DNA of 64,000 nt, taken from Mobula hypostoma. Taxonomy: Eukaryota. The stretch is from the NCBI RefSeq assembly GCF_963921235.1, contig NC_086097.1, forward strand, positions 104,968,001 to 105,032,000, in the 5' to 3' direction. The position numbers and the translations under genes were made by a program. Below are positions 36,401 through 48,400 of the stretch, piece by piece. The notes beneath the pieces were generated by a model. The model was given only the letters and a program-made list of their open reading frames with translations. It was not told the DNA's origin and did not search any database. Numbering within the stretch: position 1 is the first letter of the stretch; every line of letters begins with the position of its first letter.

Positions 36401-39400
36401 GAAGGGGTGGGTTTGGGGTGAGAGTATGGGGAGAAGGCGTGGGTGAGTTTGGGCTGAGATTATGGGGAGAAGGGGTGGGGTGGGTTTGGGGTGAGAGTAT
36501 GGGGAGAAGGGGTGGGGGGTGTTTGGGGTGAGAGTATATGGAGAAGGGGTGGTGTTTGGTTGGGGTGAGAGTATGGGGAGAAGGCGTGCGTGAGTTTGGG
36601 GTGAGATTATGGGGAGAAAGGGTGGGGTGGGGTTGGGGAGAGAGTATGGGGAGAAGGGGTGGGTTTGGGGTGAGAATATGGGGAGAAAGAAGTTGGTGGG
36701 TTTGGGGTGAGAGTATGAGGAGAAGGTGTGGGTAGGTTTGCGGTGAGAGTATGGGGAGAAGCGGTGGGTGGGTTTGGAGTGAGAGCATGGGGAGAAGGGA
36801 TGGGTGGGTTTGGGGTGAGAGTATGGGGAGAAGGGATGGGTGGGTTTGGGGTGAGAGTATGGGGAGAAGTGGTGGGTGGGTTTGGGCTGAGAGTATGAGG
36901 AGAAGGGGTGGGTTTGGGGTGAGAGTATGGGGAGAAAGGGTGAGGTGGGGTTGGGAGAGTATGGGGAGAAGTGATGAGCGGGTTTGGGGTGAGAGTATGG
37001 GGAGAAGTGGTGGGTGGGTTTGGGGTGAGAGTATGTGGAGAAGGGGTAGGTTTGGCGTGAGAGTATGGGGAGAAGGCGTGGGTGAGTTTGGGCTGAGATT
37101 ATGGGGAGAAGGGGTGGGGTGGGTTTGTGTTGAGAGTACGGGGAGAAGGGGTGGGGTGGGTTTGGGGTGAGAGTATGTGGAGAATGGGTGGGTGGGTTTG
37201 GAGTGAGAGTATGGGGAGAAGGCGTGGGTGTGTTTGGGCTGAGATTATGGGGAGAAAGGGTGGGGTGCGGTTGGGGAGAGAGTATGGGGAGAAGGGGTGG
37301 GTTTGGGGTGAGAATATGGGGAGAAAGAAGTTGGTGGGTTTGGGGTGAGAGTATGAGGAGAAGGTGTGGGTAGGTTTGCGGTGAGAGTATGGGGAGAAGC
37401 GGTGGGTGGGTTTGGAGTGAGAGTATGGGGAGAAGGGATGGGTGGGTTTGGGGTGAGAGTATGGGGAGAAGTGGTGGGTGGGTTTGGGCTGAGAGTATGA
37501 GGAGAAGGGGTGGGTTTGGGGTGAGAGTATGGGGAGAAAGGGTGAGGTGGGGTTGTGAGAGTATGGGGAGAAGTGATGAGCGGGTTTGGAGTGAGAGTAT
37601 GGGGAGAAGGGGTGGGGTGGGTTTTGGGGTGAGAGTATGGGGAGAAGGAATGGGTTTGGGGTGAGAGAATGGGGATAAGGGGTGGGTTTGTTTGGGTTGA
37701 GAATATGGGGAGAAAGAAGTTGGTGGGTTTGGTGTGAGAGTACCGGGAGAAGGGGTGCGTGGGTTTGTGGTGTGAGTATGGGGAGAAGGGGTGGGGTGGG
37801 TTTGGGGTGAGAGTATGTGGAGAAGGGGTGGATGGGTTTGGGGTGAGAGTATGGGGAGAAGGGGTGCGGTGGGCTTGGGGTGAGAGTATGGGGAGAAGGG
37901 GTGGGGTGAGTTTAGGGTGAGAGAATGGGGAGAAGGGGTGGGTGGGTTTGGGGTGAGAGTATGGGGAGAAGGGGTGGGGTGGGTTTGGGGTGAGAGTATG
38001 GGGAGAAGGGGTGGGTGGGTTTGGGGTGAGAGTATGGGGAGAAGGGGTGGGGTGGGTTTGGGGTGAGAGTATGGGGAGAAGGGGTGGGGTGGTTTGGGGT
38101 GAGAGTATGGGGAGAAGGGGTGGGGTGGGTTTGGGGTGAGAGTATGGGGAGAAGGGGTGGGGTGTGTTTGGGGTGAGAGTATGGGGAGAAGGGGTGGGGT
38201 GGGTTTAGGGTGAGAGTATGGGGAGAAGGGGTGGGTGGCTTTGGGGTGAGAGTATGAGGAGAAGGGGTGGGTTTGGGGTGAGAGTATGGGGAGAAGGCGT
38301 GGGTGAGTTTGGGCTGAGATTATGGGGAGAAGGGGTGGGGTGGGTTTGTGTTGAGAGTACGGGGAGAAGGGGTGGGGTGGGTTTGGGGTGAGAGTATGTG
38401 GAGAAGGGTGGGTGGGTTTGGGGTGTGAGTATGGGGAGAAGGAGTGGGTGTGTTTGGGGTGAGAGTATGGGGAGAAGGGATGGGTGGGTTTGGTTTGAGA
38501 GTATGGAGAGAAGGGGTGGGTGGGTTTGGGGTGAGAGTATGAGGAGAAGGGGTGGGTTTGGGGTGAGAGTATGGGGAGAAAGGGTGAGGTGGGGTTGTGA
38601 GAGTATGGGGAGAAGTGCTGAGCGGGTTTGGAGTGAGAGTATGGGGAGAAGTGGTGGGTGGGTTTGGGGTGAGAGTATGTGGAGAAGGGGTAGGTTTGGC
38701 GTGAGAGTATGGGGAGAAGGCGTGGGTGAGTTTGGGCTGAGATTATGGGGAGAAGGGGTGGGGTGGGTTTGTGTTGAGAGTACGGGGAGAAGGGGTGGGG
38801 TGGGTTTGGGGTGAGAGTATGTGGAGAATGGGTGGGTGGGTTTGGAGTGAGAGTATGGGGAGAAGGCGTGGGTGAGTTTGGGCTGAGATTATGGGGAGAA
38901 AGGGTGGGGTGCGGTTGGGGAGAGAGTATGGGGAGAAGGGGTGGGTTTGGGGTGAGAATATGGGGAGAAAGAAGTTGGTGGGTTTGGGGTGAGAGTATGA
39001 GGAGAAGGTGTGGGTAGGTTTGCGGTGAGAGTATGGGGAGAAGGGGTGGGTGGGTTTGGAGTGAGAGTATGGGGAGAAGGGATGGGTGGGTTTAGGGTGA
39101 GTGCATGGGGAGAACGGATGGGTGGGTTTGGGGTGAGAGTATGGGGAGAAGTGATGGGTGGATTTGGGCTGAGAGTATGAGGAGAAGGGGTGGGTTTGGG
39201 GTGAGAGTATGGGGAGAAAGGGTGAGGTGGGCTTGTGAGAGTATGGGGAGAAGTGATGAGCGGGTTTGGAGTGAGAGTATGGGGAGAAGTGGTGGGTGGG
39301 TTTTGGGGTGAGAGTATGGGGAGAAGGAATGGGTTTGGGGTGAGAGAATGGAGAGAAGGGGTGGGTTTGTTTGGGTTGAGAATATGGGGAGAAAGAAGTT

Positions 39401-42400
39401 GGTGGGTTTGGTGTGAGAGTACCGGGAGAAGGGGTGCGTGGGTTTGTGGTGTGAGTATGGGGAGAAGGGATGGGTTTGGGGTGAGAGTATGGGGAAAAGG
39501 GGTGGGGTGGGTTTGGGGTGAGAGTATGTGGAGAAGGGGTGGGTGGGTTTGGGGTGAGAGTATGAGGAGAAGGAGTAGGTTTGGGGTGAGAGTATGTGGA
39601 GAAGGGTGGGTGGGTTTGGGGTGAGAATATGGGGAGAAGGGGTGAGTTTGGAGTGAGAGTATGGGGAGAGGGGTGTGGTGGTTTGGGGTGAGAGTATGGG
39701 GAGAAGGGGTGGGTTTGGGGTGAGAGTATGTGGAGAAGGGGTGGGTGGGTTTGGGGTGAGAGTATGGGGAGAAGGGGTGGGGTGGTTTGGGGTGAGAGTA
39801 TGGGGAGAAGGGGTGGGGTGGGTTTGGGGTGAGAGTATGGGGAGAAGGGGTGGGGTGGGTTTGGGGTGAGAGTATGGGGAGAAGGGGTGGGTAGGTTTGT
39901 GGTGAGAGTATGGGGAGAAGGGGTGGGGTGGTTTGGGGTGAGAGTATGGGGAGAAGGGGTGGGGTGGGTTTGGGGTGAGAGTATGGGGAGAAGGGGTGGG
40001 TTTGGGGTGAGAGAATGTGGAGAAGGGGTGGGATTGGGGTGAGAGTATGGGGAGAAGAGGTGGGGTGGGTTTGGGGTGAGAGTATGGGGAGGAAGGGTGG
40101 ATGGGTTTGGGGTGAGAGTATGTGGAGAAGGGGTGGGTGGGTTTGGGGTGAGAGTATGTGGAGAAGGGTTGGGGTGGTTTGGGGTGAGAGTATGGGGGGA
40201 AGGGGTGGGTTTGGGGTGAGAGTATGGGGAGAAGGTGTGGGTAGGTTTGTGGTGAGAATATGGGGAGAAGGGATGGGCTTGGGGTGAGAGTATGGGGAGA
40301 AGGGGTGGGTTTGGGGTGAGAGTATGGGGAGAAGGGGTGGGGTGGGTTTTGGGTGAGAATATGGGAAGAAGGGGTGGATAGGTTTGGGGTGAGAGTATGG
40401 GGAGAAGGAATGGGTTTGGGGTGAGAGTATGGGGAGAAGGGGTGGGGGGTGTTTGGGGTGAGAGTATATGGAGAAGGGGTGGTGTTGGGTTGGGGTAAGA
40501 GAATGCGGAGATGGGGTGGGTGTGTTTGGAGTGAGAGTATGGGGAGAAGGGGTGTGTTTGGGGTGAGAGTATGGGGAGAAGGGCTGTGTGTGTTTGGCGT
40601 GAGAGTATGACGAGAAGGGGTGGGTGGGTTTGGGGTGAGAGTATGGGGAGAAGGGGTGGGTTTGGGGTGAGAGTATGGGGAGAAGGGGTGTGGTGAGTTT
40701 AGAGTGAGAGTATGGGGAGAAGGGGTGTGTGGGTTTAGGGTGAGAGTATGACGAGAAGGAGTGGGTGGCTTTGGGGTGAGAGTATATGGAGAAGGGGTGG
40801 TGTTGGGTTGGGGTAAGAGAATGGGGAGAAGGGGTGGGTGTGTTTGGAGTGTGAGTATGGGGAGAAGGGGTGGGTTTGGGGTGAGAGTATGGGGAGAAGG
40901 GCTGTGTGTGTTTGGGGTGAGAGTATGACGAGAAGGGGTGGTTGGGTTTGGGGTGAGAGTATGGGGAGAAGGGGTGGGTTTGGGGTGAGAGTATGGGGAG
41001 AAGGGGTGTGTGGTTTTGGGGTGAGAGTTTGTAGAGAAGGGGTGGTTGGGTTTGGGGTGAGAGTATGGGGAGAAGGGGTGGGGTGGGTTTGGGGTGAGAG
41101 TACGGGGAGAAAGGGTGGGTAGGTTTGTGGTGAGAGTATGGGGAGAAGGGGTGGGGTGGTTTGGGGTGAGAGTATGGGGAGAAGGGGTGGTGTGGGTTTG
41201 GGGTGAGAGTATGGGGAGAAGGGGTGGGTTTGGGGTTAGAGAATGTGGAGAAGGGGTGGGATTGGGGTGAGAGTATGGGGAGAAGGGGTGGGGTGGGTTT
41301 GGGGTGAGAGTATGGGGAGAAGGGGTGGGGTGGGTTTAGGGTGAGAGTATGGGGAGAAGGGGTGGGTTTGGGGTGAGAGTATGGGGAGAAGGGGTGGGGG
41401 GTGTTTGGGGTGAGAGTATGGGGAGAAGGGGTGGGTGGGTTTGGGGTGAGAGTATGGGGAGAAGGGGTGGGGTGGGTTTGGGGTGAGAGTATGGGGAGAA
41501 GGGGTGGGTGGCTTTGGGGTGAGAGTATATGGAGAAGGGGTGGTGTTGGGTTGGGGTAAGAGAATGCGGAGATGGGGTGGGTGTGTTTGGAGTGAGAGTA
41601 TGGGGAGAAGGGGTGTGTTTGGGGTGAGAGTATGGGGAGAAGGGCTGTGTGTGTTTGGCGTGAGAGTATGACGAGAAGGGGTGGTTGGGTTTGGGGTGAG
41701 AGTATGGGGAGAAGGGGTGGGTTTGTGGTGAGAGTATGGGGAGAAGGGGTGTGTGGGTTTGGTGTGAGAGTTTGGGGAGAAGGGGTGGGTGGGTTTGGGG
41801 TGAGAGTATGGGGAGAAGGGGTGGGGTGGGTTTGGGGTGAGAGTATGGGGAGAAAGGGTGGGTAGGTTTGTGGTGAGAGTATGGGGAGAAGGGGTGGGGT
41901 GGTTTGGGGTGAGAGTATGGGGAGAAGGGGTGGGGTGGGTTTGGGGTGAGAGTATGGGGAGAAGTGGTGGGTTTGGGGTTAGAGAATGTGGAGAAGGGGT
42001 GGGATTGGGGTGAGAGTATGGGGAGAAGGGGTGGGGTGGGTTTGGGGTGAGAGTATGGGGAGAAAGGGTGGATGGGTTTGGGGTGAGAGTATGTGGAGAA
42101 GGGGTGGGTGGGTTTGGGGTGAGAGTATGTGGAGAAGGGTTGGGGTGGTTTGGGGTGAGAGTATGGGGAGAAGGTGTGGATAGGTTTGTGGTGAGAGTAT
42201 GGGGAGAAGGGGTGGGTTTGGGGTGAGAGTATGGGGAGAAGGGGTGGGGTGGGTTTGGGGTGAGAGTATGGGGAGAAGGGGTGGGGGGTGTTTGGGGTGA
42301 GAGTATGGGGAGAAGGGGTGGGTGGGTTTGGGGTGAGAGTATGGGGAGAAGGGGTGGGTTTGGGGTGAGAGTATGGGGAGAAGGGGTGGGTGGCTTTGGG

Positions 42401-45400
42401 GTGAGAGTATATGGGGAGAAGGGGTGGTTGGGTTTGGGGTGAGAGTATGGGGAGAAGGGGTGGGTGTGTTTGGAGTGAGAGTATGGGGAGAAGGGGTGTG
42501 TTTGGGGTGAGAGTATGGGGAGAAGGGCTGTGTGTGTTTGGCGTGAGAGTATGACGAGAAGGGGTGGGTGGGTTTGGGGTGAGAGTATGGGGAGAAGGGA
42601 TGGGCTTGGGGTGAGAGTATGGGGAGAAGGGGTGTGGTGAGTTTAGAGTGAGAGTATGGGGAGAAGGGGTGGGTGGGTTTAGGGTGAGAGTATGACGAGA
42701 AGGAGTGGGTGGCTTTCGGGTGAGAGTATATGGAGAAGGGGTGGTGTTGGGTTGGGGTAAGAGAATGGGGAGAAGGGGTGGGTGTGTTTGGAGTGAGAGT
42801 ATGGGGAGAAGGGGTGTGTTTGGGGTGAGAGTATGGGGAGAAGGGCTGTGTGTGTTTGGCGTGAGAGTATGACGAGAAGGGGTGGTTGGGTTTGGGGTGA
42901 GAGTATGGGGAGAAGGGGTGGGTGGTTTGGGGTGAGAGTATGGGGAGAAGGGGTGGGATTGGGGTGAGAGTATGGGGAGAAGGGGTGGGGTGGGTTTGGG
43001 GTGAGAATATGGGGAGAAGGGATGGGCTTGGGGTGAGAGTATGGGGAGAAGGGGTGGGTTTGGGGTGAGAGTATGGGGAGAAGGGGTGGGGTGTGTTTGG
43101 GGTGAGAGTATGGGGAGAAGGGGTGGGTGGGTTTGGGGTGAGAGTATGGGGAGAAGGGGTGGGGTGGGTTTGGGGTGAGAGTATGGGGAGAAGGGGGGGG
43201 GTGGCTTTGGGGTGAGAGTATATGGAGAAGGGGTGGTGTTGGGTTGGGGTAAGAGAATGCGGAGATGGGGTGGGTGTGTTTGGAGTGAGAGTATGGGGAG
43301 AAGGGGTGTGTTTGGGGTGAGAGTATGGGGAGAAGGGCTGTGTGTGTTTGGCGTGAGAGTATGACGAGAAGGGGTGGTTGGGTTTGGGGTGAGAGTATGG
43401 GGAGAAGGGGTGGGTTTGTGGTGAGAGTATGGGGAGAAGGGGTGTGTGGGTTTGGGGTGAGAGTTTGGGGAGAAGGGGTGGTTGGGTTTGGGGTGAGAGT
43501 ATGGGGAGAAGGGGTGGTGTGGGTTTGGGGTGAGAGTATGGGGAGAAAGGGTGGGTAGGTTTGTGGTGAGAGTATGGGGAGAAGGGGTGGGGTGGTTTGG
43601 GGTGAGAGTATGGGGAGAAGGGGTGGGGTGGGTTTGGGGTGAGAGTATGTGGAGAAGGGGTGGGGTGGGTTTGGGGTGAGAGTATGGGGAGAAGGGGTGG
43701 GGTGGGTTTGGGGTGAGAGTATGGGGAGAAAGGGTGGATGGGTTTGGGGTGAGAGTATGTGGAGAAGGGGTGGGTGGGTTTGGGGTGAGAGTATGTGGAG
43801 AGGGTTGGGGTGGTTTGGGGTCAGAGTATGGGGAGAAGGGGTGGGTTTGGGGTGAGAGTATGGGGAGAAGGTGTGGATAGGTTTGTGGTGAGAATATGGG
43901 GAGAAGGGATGGGCTTGGGGTGAGAGTATGGGGAGAAGGGGTGGGTTTGGGGTGAGAGTATGGGGAGAAGGGGTGGGGGGTGTTTGGTGTGAGAGTATGG
44001 GGAGAAGGGGTGGGTGGGTTTGGGGTGAGAGTATGGGGAGATGGGATGGGCTTGGGGTGAGAGTATGGGGAGAAGGGGTGGGTGGCTTTGGGGTGAGAGT
44101 ATATGGAGAAGGGGTGGTGTTGGGTTGGGGTAAGAGAATGCGGAGATGGGGTGGGTGTGTTTGGAGTGAGAGTATGGGGAGAAGGGGTGTGTTTGGGGTG
44201 AGAGTATGGGGAGAAAGGCTGTGTGTGTTTGGCGTGAGAGTATGACGAGAAGGGGTGGGTGGGTTTGGGGTGAGAGTATGGGGAGAAGGGGTGGGGTGGG
44301 TTTGGGGTGAGAGTATGGGGAGAAGGGGTGTGGTGAGTTTAGAGTGAGAGTATGGGGAGAAGGGGTGGGTGGGTTTAGGGTGAGAGTATGACGAGAAGGA
44401 GTGGGTGGCTTTCGGGTGAGAGTATATGGAGAAGGGGTGGTGTTGGGTTGGGGTAAGAGAATGGGGAGAAGGGGTGGGTGTGTTTGGAGTGAGAGTATGG
44501 GGAGAAGGGGTGTGTTTGGGGTGAGAGTATGGGGAGAAGGGCTGTGTGTGTTTGGCGTGAGAGTATGACGAGAAGGGGTGGTTGGGTTTGGGGTGAGAGT
44601 ATGGGGAGAAGGGGTGGGGGGTGTTTGGTGTGAGAGTATGGGGAGAAGGGGTGGGTGGGTTTGGGGTGAGAGTATGGGGAGATGGGATGGGCTTGGGGTG
44701 AGAGTATGGGGAGAAGGGGTGGGTGGCTTTGGGGTGAGAGTATATGGAGAAGGGGTGGTGTTGGGTTGGGGTAAGAGAATGCGGAGATGGGGTGGGTGTG
44801 TTTGGAGTGAGAGTATGGGGAGAAGGGGTGTGTTTGGGGTGAGAGTATGGGGAGAAGGGCTGTGTGTGTNNNNNNNNNNNNNNNNNNNNNNNNNNNNNNN
44901 NNNNNNNNNNNNNNNNNNNNNNNNNNNNNNNNNNNNNNNNNNNNNNNNNNNNNNNNNNNNNNNNNNNNNNNNNNNNNNNNNNNNNNNNNNNNNNNNNNNN
45001 NNNNNNNNNNNNNNNNNNNNNNNNNNNNNNNNNNNNNNNNNNNNNNNNNNNNNNNNNNNNNNNNNNNNNAGAGGTGGGGTGAGTTTAGGGTGAGAGTATG
45101 TGGAGAAGGAGTCGGGTGGGTTTATGGTGAGAGTTGGGGAGATGGGGTGGGTTTGGGGTGAGTGTATGTGGAGAAGGGGTGGGGTGGGTTTGGTGTGAGA
45201 GTACCGGGAGAAGGGGTGCGTGGGTTTGTGGTGTGAGTATGGGGAGAAGGGATTGGTTTGTGGTGAGAGTATGGGGAGAAGGGGTGGGTGGGTTAGTGGT
45301 GTCAGTATGGGGAGAAGGGATGGGTTTGGGGTGAGAGTATGGGGAGAAGGGGTGCGGTGGGCTTGGGGTGAGAGTATGGGGAGAAGGGGTGGGGTGAGTT

Positions 45401-48400
45401 TAGGGTGAGAGTATGACGAGAAGGGGTGCGTGGCTTTGGGGTGAGAGTATATGGAGAAGAGGTGGTGTTGGGTTGGTGTAAGAGAATGGGGAGAAGGGGT
45501 GGGTGTGTTTGGAGTGAGAGTATGGGGAGAAGGGGTGTGTTTGGGGTGAGAGTATGAGGAGAAGGGGTGGGTTTGGGGTGAGAGTATGGGGAGAAGGGGT
45601 TGGGGGAGTTTGGGGTGAGAGTATGGGGAGAAGGGGTGGGTTTGTGGTGAGAGTATGGGGAGAAGGGTTGGGTTTGGGCTGAGAGTATGGGGAGAATGGG
45701 TGGGGTGGGGTTGTAGTGAGAGAATGGGGAGAAGGAGTGGGTAGGTTTGTGGTGAGAGTTGGGGAGATTGGGTGGGTTTGGGGTGAGTGTATGTGCAGTA
45801 GGGGTGGGGTGGGTTTGTGGTGAGAATATGGGGAGAAGGGGTGGGTGGGTTTGGGGTGAGAGTATGTGGAGAAGGGGTGGGTTTGGGGTGAGAGTATGGG
45901 GAGAAGGGGTGTGTGGATTTGGGATGAGAATATGACGAGAAGGATGGGTGCGTTTGGTGTGAGAGTATGGGGAGAAGGGGTGGGGTGGGTTTGTGGTGAG
46001 AGTTGGGGAGATTGGGTGGGTTTGGGGTGAGTGTATGTGCAGAAGGGGTGGGGTGGGTTTGGGGTGAGAGTATGGGGAGAGGGGTGGGGTGGTTTGGGGT
46101 GAGAGTATGTGGAGAAGGGGTGGGTGGGTTTGGGGTGAGACTATGTGGAGAAGGGTTGGGTGGGTTTGGGGTGAGAGTATGGGGAGAAGGGGTGGTGTTG
46201 GGTTTGTGTTGAGAGTACGGGGAGAAGGGGTGGGGTGGGTTTGTGGTGAGAGTATAGGGACAAGGGGTGGTTTTGGGGTGAGAGTATAAGGAGAAAGGGT
46301 GGGTTTGGGGTGAGAGTATGTGGAGAATGGATGGGTGGGTTTGGGGTGAGAGTATGTGGAGAAGGGGTGGGTGGGTTTGGGGTGAGAGTATGGGGAGAAG
46401 GGGTGGGGTGGTTTGGGGTGAGAGTATGGGGAGAAGGGGTTGGGTGGGTTTGTGGTGAGAGTTGGGGAGATGGGTGGGTTTGGGGTGAGTGTATGTGGAG
46501 AAGGGGTGGGGTGGGTTTGGGGTGAGAGTATGTGGAGAGGGGTGAGGTAGTTTGGGGTGAGAGTATGGGGAGAAGGGGTGGGTTTGGGGTGCGAGTATGG
46601 GGAGAAGGGGTGGGGTGGTTTGTGGTGAGAGTATGGGGAGAAGGGGTGGGGTGGTTTGGGGTGAGAGTATGGGGAGAAGGGGTCGGGTGGGTTTGGGGTG
46701 AGAGTATGGCGAGAAGGGGTGGGGTGGGTTTGGGCTGAGAGTATGTGGAGAAGGGTGGGTGGGTTTGGGGTCAGAGTATGGGGAGAAGGGGTGGGTTTGG
46801 GGTGAGAGTATGGGGAGAGGGGTGGGGTGGTTTGGGGTGAGAGTATGGGGAGAAGGGGTGGTTTTGGGGTGAGAGTATGGGGAGAAGGGGTGGGTAGGTT
46901 TGTGGTGAGAGTATGGGGAGAAGGGTTGGGGTGGTTTGGGGTGAGAGTATGGGGAGAAGGGGTGGGGTGGGTTTGGGGTGAGAGTATGTGGAGAAGGGGT
47001 GGGGTGGGTTTGGGGTGAGAGTATGGCGAGAAGGGGTGGGGTGGGTTTGGGGTGAGAGTATGTGGAGAAGGGGTGGGTGGGTTTGGGTTGAGAGTATGGG
47101 GAGAGGGGTGGTGTGGGTTTGGGGTGAGAGTATGTGGAGAAGGGTGGGTGGGTTTGGGGTCAGAGTATGGGGAGAAGGGGTGGGTTTGGGGTGAGAGTAT
47201 GGGGAGAGGAGTGGGGTGGTTTGGGGTGAGAGTATGGGGAGAGGGGTGGGGTGGTTTGGGGTGAGAGTATGGGGAGAAGGGGTGGGTTTCGGGTGAGAGT
47301 ATGGGGAGAAGGGGTGTGTGGATTTGGGATGAGAATATGACGAGAAGGATGGGTGCGTTTGGTGTGAGAGTATGGAGAGAAGGGTTGGGGTGGGTTTGTG
47401 GTGAGAGTTGGGGAGATTGGGTGGGTTTGGGGTGAGTGTATGGGGAGAAGGGGTGGGGTGGGTTTGGGGTGAGAGTATGGGGAGAGGGGTGGGGTGGTTT
47501 GGGGTGAGAGTATGTGGAGAAGGGGTGGGTGGGTTTGGGGTGAGACTATGTGGAGAAGGGTTGGGTGGGTTTGGGGTGAGAGTATGAGGAGAAGGGGTGG
47601 GGTGATTTGGCGGTGAGAGTATGGGGAGAAGGGGTGGGGTGGGTTTGTGGTGAGAGTATAGGGAGAAGGGGTGGTTTTGGGGTGAGAGTATAAGGAGAAG
47701 GGGTGGGTTTGGGGTGAGAGTATGTGGAGAATGGATGGGTGGGTTTGGGGTGAGAGTATGTGGAGAAGGGGTGGGTGGGTTTGGGGTGAGAGTATGGGGA
47801 GAAGGGGTGGGGTGGTTTGGGGTGAGAGTATGGGGAGAAGGGGTTGGGGTGGGTTTGTGGTGAGAGTATGGGGAGAAGGGATTGGTTTGTGGTGAGAGTA
47901 TGTGGAGAAGGGTTGGGGTGGGTTTGGGGTGAGAGTATGGGGAGAGGGGTGAGGTAGTTTGGGGTGAGAGTATGGGGAGAAGGGGTGGGTTTGGGGTGAG
48001 AGTATGGGGAGAAGGGGTGGGGTGGTTTGTGGTGAGAGTATGGGGAGAAGGGGTGGGGTGGTTTGGGGTGAGAGTATGGTGAGAAGGGGTGGGGTGGGTT
48101 TGGGGTGAGAGTATGGGGAGAAGGGGTGGGGTGGGTTTGGGCTGAGAGTATGTGGAGAAGGGTGGGTGGGTTTGGGGTCAGAGTATGGGGAGAAGGGGTG
48201 GGTTTGGGGTGAGAGTATGGGGAGAAGGGGTGGGGTGGTTTGGGGTGAGAGTATGGGGAGAAGGGGTGGGGTGGGTTTTGGGTGAGAATATGGGAAGAAG
48301 GGGTGGATAGGTTTGGGGTGAGAGTATGGGGAGAAGGGTTGGGGTGGGTTTGGGGTGAGAGTATGGGGAGAAGGGGTGGGGTGGGTTTGGGGTGAGAGTA

